From an uncultured Thermoanaerobaculia bacterium (GTDB lineage Bacteria; Acidobacteriota; Thermoanaerobaculia; Thermoanaerobaculales; Sulfomarinibacteraceae): a stretch of DNA of 64,000 nt. Below the pieces are notes generated by a model. The model was not told the DNA's origin. It made no database searches and saw nothing but the letters and a program-made list of their open reading frames with translations. Position 1 is the stretch's first letter; each line of letters opens with the position of its first letter. The stretch is taken from contig CAYQTL010000004.1 of the NCBI GenBank assembly GCA_964420405.1, positions 71,706-135,705 of the forward strand, in the 5' to 3' direction. Below, piece after piece: positions 45,111 to 51,509 of this stretch. A program made the translations under genes and the position numbers.

Positions 45111-46315
45111 TAGCTCGCCGCCCGCAGCACCGTGCAGACGCTGGCGCAGATCGGGCCGCCGATGTTGAACGTGGCGGCGAGCCTCGGCGCCGACACCTGC
45201 AGCGGCTCCGGCGCCTTGCCGAGCAGCTGCATGGCGCTCCAGCCGATCATGGCGACGCCGGTGGCTCCCACCGGGTGCCCCTTGGCGATCAGCCCGCCGG
45301 AGGTGTTGACGGCGCACTCGCCGCCGGGGGCCGCCTTGCCGTCCTTCCAGTACGCCGCGCCCTGGCCAGGGCCGACCTTGCCGAGGACCTCGACGCCGAT
45401 CGCGCCCATCACCGTGAAGCAGTCGTGGACCTCGGCGACGTTGACGTCGGCGGCGGTCGCGCCGGCCATCTCGTAGGCCGCGGCCATCGCCCGGTAGGCG
45501 CCCTGCGGCCGCAGCACGTCGCGCCCCTCCTTCATCAGCGGGTCGGTCGCCTGGCCGTAGCCGGCGATCTCGACGCACTCGGCCTTCGGCACGCCGAGCC
45601 GCTCGAGCCCCTCGTCGGTGGCCAGGATCAGCCCGGCGTAGCCGTCGGAGATCTGCGAGCAGTCGTACGTCTTCAGCGGCAGCCCCTCGACGATGTAGCG
45701 GTTGCGGCCCTCCGGCGACGCCGCCTGCTCCAGCGTCACCTCGATCCCCTTCATCTGGGCGTAGGGATTGTGCTGGGCGTTGGCATACTCCTGGACCGAG
45801 ATCCGCGCCAGATCCTCCTCGGTCACGCCCCAGTTGTTCATGTAGTCCCACATGACCTCGGCGAACAGGTGCGGGAAGACGTAGACCTTGCCCTCGCGCT
45901 CGTCGGGATGGCTGAAGTAGCCGAGCACCTCGCCGATCAGCGCGCCGTCCATCTTGCCCTCGTCGTTGCGCATCTTCTCGTAGCCGACGGCGATGCCCAC
46001 GTCGCCGTGGCCGAGGCGCAGCTTCTGGATCACCGACACCACCGCCTGGCCGCCGGAGGCGCACGCGTTCTCGACCGCCTCGATCGGCTTGCCCCCGAGG
46101 CCCGGCACCATCGCCACCAGGCCGGCCAGCAGACCCTGCTGGTTGAGCGAGAAGTTGCAGGTGGCGCCGATCGAGGCGACGTCGACCGCCGACGCCTCGA
46201 CGCCGATCTCCCCGCAGGTCTCGGTGACCGACGCCGCCACGATCTGCGGCACCGTCATGTCGAGCAGCTTGCCGAACTTCGATTGATGGTACGCGGCGAT
46301 GTAGATCGGTTTCAT
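45110..46315 (-). CDS. Thiolase, SCP-x / archaeal-type acetyl-CoA acetyltransferase-like
   Basis: Track ORF 45110..46327, with ATG 46315 preferred (GGAGGG 4 nt upstream). Active-site region VENACASGGQAV. C-terminal GHPVGATG and NIGGP. Confidence 0.85.
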   Translation of the reverse strand: MKPIYIAAYHQSKFGKLLDMTVPQIVAASVTETCGEIGVEASAVDVASIGATCNFSLNQQGLLAGLVAMVPGLGGKPIEAVENACASGGQAVVSVIQKLRLGHGDVGIAVGYEKMRNDEGKMDGALIGEVLGYFSHPDEREGKVYVFPHLFAEVMWDYMNNWGVTEEDLARISVQEYANAQHNPYAQMKGIEVTLEQAASPEGRNRYIVEGLPLKTYDCSQISDGYAGLILATDEGLERLGVPKAECVEIAGYGQATDPLMKEGRDVLRPQGAYRAMAAAYEMAGATAADVNVAEVHDCFTVMGAIGVEVLGKVGPGQGAAYWKDGKAAPGGECAVNTSGGLIAKGHPVGATGVAMIGWSAMQLLGKAPEPLQVSAPRLAATFNIGGPICASVCTVLRAAS

Positions 46316-46356
46316 TCTTCCCTCCATCTCGGTCCCCTTGTTGTCGTCGCCCTTCC

Positions 46357-46633
46357 GATCCCGTTCCCGATCCCCTTCCCGATCCCGACGAAACCCCTCG
46401 AATCGCGTGCGACGGCCGACGACGGAGGCACAGAGACACGGCGAAGCGCGTCAGATGCGGGCGGTGACGACCTCTCGCCGGGTCGCATCACCCGATCCTC
46501 GTGGACCCGCGCGTCGAGCCAGGAGAGACACCCCCGAGGCTGCCGAGTGCCCTCCTCTGAACCTCTGTGGCTCCACCTCGTTCCGGTCACGATCCACGTC
46601 AACGGGATCTGGATCGGGATCGGGATCGGATCG
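46357..46633. repeat. HAE full copy (277 bp). Left arm gatccc gttccc gatccc cttccc gatccc; right arm gggatc tggatc gggatc gggatc.
   Basis: Read directly. The interior shares the exact blocks cacagagacacg (46429-46440) and gtcgcatcac (46482-46491) with the 50189 copy, and gaggctgccg (46536-46545) with the 39942 copy. Internal complementarity between ggaggcacagag (46424-46435) and cctctgtggctcc (46562-46574). Confidence 0.85.
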
Positions 46634-46640
46634 GACGGCG

Positions 46641-48188
46641 TCACTGGTCTTCGTCTCCGTGGGACCTCCCCCACAGCTTCGCCAGCTCCGCCTTGACGAC
46701 CTTGCCGTACGGGGTGCGCGGAAGATCCTCCACCACCCGCACGTGCTTCGGGATCTTGTACCGGGCGAGGCGCGCCTCGAGAAACATCGACAGCTGCTCG
46801 ACCGTCGGCTCCGCGCCTTCCACCGGCACCACGAACGCCGCCCCCACCTCGCCCCACGTGTCGTCGGCGACGCCGATGACGGCGACGTCGGCCACGTCCG
46901 GGTGCTGCAGCAGCTGGCTCTCGATCTCGGCGGGGTAGACGTTGACCCCGCCGGAGATGAACATGTCCTTGGCGCGGCCGGCGATGTAGAAGAAGCCGTC
47001 GTCGTCGACCCGTGCCATGTCGCCGGTGTGGAACCAGCCCTGGGCGTCCCGCGACTCGGCGGTCGCCGCCGGGTCGTCCCAGTAGCCGGCGCTGACGTGG
47101 GGCCCGCGGAACACCAGCTCTCCGACCTCTCCCGGCGGCAGCTCGTGGCCCGACTCGTCGACCACCCGGGCCTCGGTGAACATCAGCGGCCGGCCGATCG
47201 AGCCCGCCTTGGCCCACGCCTCCTCGTCCGACATGGCGAAGCAGTTGACGCCGACCTCGGTGAGCCCGTAGCCCTGCCGCAGGACCACTCCCCGCTCGCG
47301 GTACAGCTCGACCAGGTGCTTCGGCAGCGGCGCTCCGCCGGAGATGAACCAGCGGACGTGGTCCAGCGACACGGTCCGGAGCTCGGGGGCCTCGGCGAGC
47401 ATCGACCAGATCGTCGGCACCCCGAGCACCACGGTGCACCGCTCCCGTTCGATCACCCGCCACACCTCCGATGCGTCGAACGCCGTGTGCAGCACGACCG
47501 TGCCGCCGGCCGCCACCAGCGGCGTCAGGAACGCACCGAGACCGCCGGCGTGGTACAGCGGAGTGAACACCGGGCTGACGTCGTCCTCGCCGAGCTGCCA
47601 GCACACCACGGTGTTGTAGGCGTTCCACGCCACCATCCGGTGCGGCGTCACCACGCCCTTCGGCCGGCCGGTGGTCCCGCTGGTGTACAGCAGGCAGTAG
47701 GGCGCCTCCGGGTCGGGTCGGGCCCACACCTGGCCGCCCGCCGCCTGGGCCGCCACCAGCTCGCCGTGGCGGTCGTCGAGATCGCCCACCGGTGCGTCGA
47801 GAGCCACCCAGCGCTCCACCTCGACCTGCGGCCGCAGCTCGCGGACGGTGGCCTCGAAGGCTCCGTCGTAGACCAGCGCCTTGAGGCCGCAGTGCCCGAC
47901 GATGTAGGCCAGCTCCGCGGCCCGCAGCTTGGTGTTGAGCGGCACCAGCACGACGCCGCTCTTGCCGGCCGCGAAGAACGCGTCGAGCATCTCCAGCCGG
48001 TTGCCCGCCAGGATCCCGATCCGGTCGCCGGGCTTCAGGCCGAGCTCGAACATCCACATCCTTGCGCAGGCCACCGCCCGCCGGTCGAGCTCGGCGTAGG
48101 TCAGGCGGCGGCCGTCCGCCGCCAGCACCAGCGCGGTGCGGTGCGGTGACAGCCGCGCCCGCTCGCCGAGCAGGTCGCCGTGGATCAT
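46641..48188 (-). CDS. AMP-dependent acyl-CoA synthetase/ligase (ANL superfamily)
   Basis: 3' part of track ORF 46641..48452, starting at ATG 48188 (GGAGAGGAGGA upstream). Motifs YTSGTTGRPKGV, GYGLTE, TGDMARVDDDGFFYIAGRAKD and PRTPYGKV. Confidence 0.9.
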   Translation of the reverse strand: MIHGDLLGERARLSPHRTALVLAADGRRLTYAELDRRAVACARMWMFELGLKPGDRIGILAGNRLEMLDAFFAAGKSGVVLVPLNTKLRAAELAYIVGHCGLKALVYDGAFEATVRELRPQVEVERWVALDAPVGDLDDRHGELVAAQAAGGQVWARPDPEAPYCLLYTSGTTGRPKGVVTPHRMVAWNAYNTVVCWQLGEDDVSPVFTPLYHAGGLGAFLTPLVAAGGTVVLHTAFDASEVWRVIERERCTVVLGVPTIWSMLAEAPELRTVSLDHVRWFISGGAPLPKHLVELYRERGVVLRQGYGLTEVGVNCFAMSDEEAWAKAGSIGRPLMFTEARVVDESGHELPPGEVGELVFRGPHVSAGYWDDPAATAESRDAQGWFHTGDMARVDDDGFFYIAGRAKDMFISGGVNVYPAEIESQLLQHPDVADVAVIGVADDTWGEVGAAFVVPVEGAEPTVEQLSMFLEARLARYKIPKHVRVVEDLPRTPYGKVVKAELAKLWGRSHGDEDQ

Positions 48189-49156
48189 GTCGCGTCCTCC
48201 TCTCCGCCGGCCGACGACGCGGTCACGGGCGCCGGAGGCGGCTGCGACAGCACGGCGGAGAGGGCGTCGAGCAGCGCCGCCGGGCACTCCCGCTGGGGGA
48301 TGTGACCGCAGCCCTCGACGAGCGTCAGACGGGCGGCCGGCAGGCCGTCCATCAGCCGCGCCGCGTAGTCGAGGTCCATCAGCTCGTCGGCCTCGCCCCA
48401 CACCAGGTCCACCGGCACCGTCACCTCCTCGAGCCGGCCGTCGAGCACCCACTCCCCCATTTCGCCGGCGGTCCGGGCGAACCGCGCGGCCGGCCCGACG
48501 CGGGCGTGGCGCACGACGTGGTCGAGGACGAAGCCGGGGATCTCCGGCGTGTCGGGACCGGTCAGCCCGGCCATCGTGCGTCGCGCCGCGTCACGGTCGG
48601 TCGGGAACACGTCCACCCGCGGATCGGGCTCGATGATCGCGCCGCCGTTGACGGCCACGATCCGGGACACCTCCGAGGGTCGCTCGCGGGCGATCAGCAT
48701 CGCGAGCCACGCCCCCAGCGAGTTGCCCACCAGGATCGGAGGCTCCTCGACCTCGGCGTCGAGCACCGCCCGTACGCCGCCGAGCAGCATCGGCACCGAG
48801 ATCGGCCCATCGTCCGGGTCACTGCCCCAGTGCCCGGGCAGGTCCGGGATCACCAGCCGGTGGCGTTCGGCGAGGGGCCGTACCACGCGGCCCCAGGCGC
48901 CCGCCTGGTCGCCGGCGCCGTGCAGCAGCACCAGGGTCGGACCGCCGGCGCCTCCCGCGAAGTAGGTGACGGCCCCGTCGGGCCCGGACACGGTCCGCTC
49001 CTCGAGGCCCGCCTGACGCAGCGCCGCGCGGCTGAAGTAGGCGTCGACCGTCAGCGGTCGCTTCCACATCATCCACCCGCCGGTGGCGAGGGCGGCGAGC
49101 CCGAGCACCACCAGCACGGTCACGATCCGGATGACGATCCGTCCTCCTCCGGCCAT
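48185..49156 (-). CDS. Alpha/beta hydrolase with an N-terminal TM anchor
   Basis: Track ORF 48185..49219, trimmed to ATG 49156 (GAGGAGG upstream). Contains HGAGD, nucleophile elbow GNSLGA, and C-terminal GCGHIPQ. ATGA overlap with the ligase gene. Confidence 0.8.
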   Translation of the reverse strand: MAGGGRIVIRIVTVLVVLGLAALATGGWMMWKRPLTVDAYFSRAALRQAGLEERTVSGPDGAVTYFAGGAGGPTLVLLHGAGDQAGAWGRVVRPLAERHRLVIPDLPGHWGSDPDDGPISVPMLLGGVRAVLDAEVEEPPILVGNSLGAWLAMLIARERPSEVSRIVAVNGGAIIEPDPRVDVFPTDRDAARRTMAGLTGPDTPEIPGFVLDHVVRHARVGPAARFARTAGEMGEWVLDGRLEEVTVPVDLVWGEADELMDLDYAARLMDGLPAARLTLVEGCGHIPQRECPAALLDALSAVLSQPPPAPVTASSAGGEEDAT

Positions 49157-49178
49157 TCCCACCTCCTCGGGGGCGCCG

Positions 49179-50168
49179 CTACAGCCGGAACGCGGCTCCG
49201 GCCTGGTTGTACCCCACACCGGAGCCGACGAACACCACCAGATCTCCCGGACCGGCCTTGCCGTGCTCGAGAGCGTCGTCGAATGCGATCGGGACGCACG
49301 CCGATCCGGTGTAGCCCCACTTCTCCATCACCGTGTGGGCCTTCGACATCGGCAGGCCGAGATCGTCCATCACGACCTCGATGGACGGCCTGCGGACCTG
49401 GGTGAAGACCGCGAGGTCGATCTCGTCGAGCGCGAAGCCCCCGTTCGCCGCCAGCGCCCGCACCACCTTCGGCCAGCCCTCGTGGTTGACCTCGGGCGGG
49501 TAGCGCTCGAGCATCCGCACCGTGGTGCGGCCACCGCGAACCGCGTCCTCGGTCGCCGGCTCGGCGGTGCCGCCGGCGTAGATCCCCCAATGGCGGTGGA
49601 ACGCCCCGTCGGCCCGCGACGCCGACGCCACGAACCCCGGCGACGCGGCCGGCTCGAGCACCGCCGCGCCGGCGCCGTCGCCGTAGAAGAAGACCATCGG
49701 GTCGTCGGGCGCCGCCAGCTTGTGCATCATGTAGACGCCGACCACCAGCACCGTCCGCAGGTTTGGGTTGGTGGCGATCATGCCGGCGGCGGCGGCGAGG
49801 CCGGTCGGGAAGGACGCGCACGCGCAGCCGATGTCGAAGGTGCCGGCGTTGACCGCCCCGAGCTTGTGCTGCACCACCACCGAGGTGGCCGGCGTGATGT
49901 AGTCAGGCGAGTCCGTGCCGACGATCAGGAGGTCGACCTCCTTCGGGTGGCGGCCCGCCCGCTCCAACGCCTGCCGCGCAGCCGGCAGCGCCACGTCGGA
50001 GGTCGCCCAGTCGTCCGGCGCCCAGAACCGCGTCCGGATCGCCGACGACGCCTCCATCTTGTCGACGAAGTCGGGCAGGTGCGCGAACCGCTCCCGCAGG
50101 ACGTCGTTGGAGACCTCGATCTCGGGAATGTAGCGTCCCGTGGACATGATCCTGGCGTATCGCGTCAT
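49179..50168 (-). CDS. KASIII (FabH)-like thiolase-fold enzyme with a non-canonical active site
   Basis: Track ORF 49179..50255, trimmed to ATG 50168 (GGAGGAA upstream). The Cys region DIGCACASF is present. By-eye alignment to E. coli FabH puts Thr at the His244 position (VFTQVRRPSIE versus VPHQANLRII) and Tyr at the Asn274 position (GYTGSACVP versus GNTSAASVP). Confidence 0.8.
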   Translation of the reverse strand: MTRYARIMSTGRYIPEIEVSNDVLRERFAHLPDFVDKMEASSAIRTRFWAPDDWATSDVALPAARQALERAGRHPKEVDLLIVGTDSPDYITPATSVVVQHKLGAVNAGTFDIGCACASFPTGLAAAAGMIATNPNLRTVLVVGVYMMHKLAAPDDPMVFFYGDGAGAAVLEPAASPGFVASASRADGAFHRHWGIYAGGTAEPATEDAVRGGRTTVRMLERYPPEVNHEGWPKVVRALAANGGFALDEIDLAVFTQVRRPSIEVVMDDLGLPMSKAHTVMEKWGYTGSACVPIAFDDALEHGKAGPGDLVVFVGSGVGYNQAGAAFRL

Positions 50169-50188
50169 CGTTCCTCCGTCCGAGCCCT

Positions 50189-50492
50189 GTTTCCGCTCCC
50201 GATCCCGTTCCCGTTCCCGACGGGAGCTCTCGAGTCGCGCGCGCCGGTCAACCACAGAGACACGAAGGCACGGAGGAGAGCTTCCGATGGCAGACCCGGA
50301 GTAACCTCACCGTGTCGCATCACACTCTCGTCGAGACTCGAGCTCACGCGTCCCGACGGACCCGCCGATGGCCGGTCGACGCTATCCTCGCTGCTCGCTC
50401 TCCGTGCCTCCGTTGCTCCGTGGTTCCACCCCATCCCGGTCCCGAGCCGCGTCATCGGGACCGGGATCGGGATCGGGATCGGGATCGGAACG
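50189..50492. repeat. HAE full copy (304 bp). Left arm gtttcc gctccc gatccc gttccc gttccc; right arm gggacc gggatc gggatc gggatc gggatc ggaacg.
   Basis: Read directly. Shared blocks cacagagacacg (50253-50264) and gtcgcatcac (50314-50323). Internal complementarity between gaaggcacggaggagagc (50264-50281) and gctctccgtgcctcc (50397-50411). Confidence 0.85.
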
Positions 50493-50526
50493 GACGTCCC
50501 GGCGGCGGGTGATCGGTGTCGCGCAC

Positions 50527-51309
50527 TCACGTCCCGATCACCAGCCCACCATCGACCGACAGCACGGCGCCGGTGATCCACGAGGCGGCATCGGAGGCGA
50601 GCCAGCAGTACGCCTCGGCGATGTCCTTCGGGTCGCCGATCCGGCCGAGCGGGGTGTGCTGGACCATCCCGTCGAGGACCTTCTGGGGCATCGACGCGAG
50701 GATCTCGGTGGCGACGAAGCCCGGCGCGACCACGTTGACCCGGATCCCGTACCGCCCGAGCTCCCGCGCCCAGGTCCTGGTCATGCCGATGACGCCGGCC
50801 TTGGTGGCGACGTAGTTGGTCTGGCCGAAGTTGCCGTTGAGGCAGGCCACCGAGGAGGCGTTGAGCACCACCCCTCCGCCGGCCTCGACCAGGTGCGGCA
50901 CCACCGCCCGCGTGCAGTTGAAGACGCCCGTCAGGTTGACCCCGATGACGGCGTTCCACTGCTCGTCGCTCATCCGGCCTTTGAGCTCGCCGTCCTTGAG
51001 CTTGACGAGCTGGCCGTCGCGCACGATGCCGGCGTTGTTGACCAGCACGTCGATGCGGCCCCACCGGTCGTGGACCTCGCCCGCGGCGGCGTCCACCGCC
51101 GCGGGGTCGGACACGTCGACCCGCTGGAACAGCGCCCGACCTCCGGCGGCCTCCAGCTCCCGCAGGAGCTCGTCCGTGCCGTCCTCGGTCACGTCCCACA
51201 CGGCAATCAGCGCGCCCTCGGCGGCGAACCTCTCGGCGGTCGCGCGGCCGATCCCGGCGGCCCCGCCGGTCACGACCACGGCCTTGTCCCTGAGCCCAGT
51301 CTCGATCAT
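50527..51309 (-). CDS. Short-chain dehydrogenase/reductase, FabG-like 3-oxoacyl reductase
   Basis: 3' part of track ORF 50527..51969, starting at ATG 51309 (GGGGGAGAG upstream). Motifs TGGAAGIGRA, NNAG and YVATKAG (catalytic YxxxK). Confidence 0.85.
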   Translation of the reverse strand: MIETGLRDKAVVVTGGAAGIGRATAERFAAEGALIAVWDVTEDGTDELLRELEAAGGRALFQRVDVSDPAAVDAAAGEVHDRWGRIDVLVNNAGIVRDGQLVKLKDGELKGRMSDEQWNAVIGVNLTGVFNCTRAVVPHLVEAGGGVVLNASSVACLNGNFGQTNYVATKAGVIGMTRTWARELGRYGIRVNVVAPGFVATEILASMPQKVLDGMVQHTPLGRIGDPKDIAEAYCWLASDAASWITGAVLSVDGGLVIGT

Positions 51310-51440
51310 CACTCTCCCCCTCGTCGTGGTGTCTCGCAGCGGTCGGCGCACACGCCGCGGGGCTCGTACCCCGCGGCGCCGCGTCCCGTGTCGGTGCGCG
51401 ATCGGGCGCGATGGCGGACCACTTCCGTCACGGTCATCCG

Positions 51441-51498
51441 CCCCGTGCCGGTCCGCGCCGTCGGTGACGGACGCGGACGCTGGCACGGACGCGGAGAC
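51441..51498. repeat. Imperfect hairpin built from CGTCCG-flavour hexamers: ccccgtgccggtccgcgccgtc / ggtgac ggacgc ggacgc tggcac ggacgc ggagac
   Basis: Read directly. It lies between the TonB-dependent receptor stop (51510) and the SDR start (51309). Confidence 0.6.
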
Positions 51499-51509
51499 CA
51501 CATCACTGT

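Noticed and set aside
46338-46640. Hexamer arrays considered as coding dipeptide repeats (RSRSRS, DPDPVPDP, IPIPFPIP in several track ORFs)
   Set aside because: The arrays lie outside every CDS that has independent support. They occur in both orientations and in all frames relative to neighbours. The ORFs carrying them are otherwise shadow ORFs.
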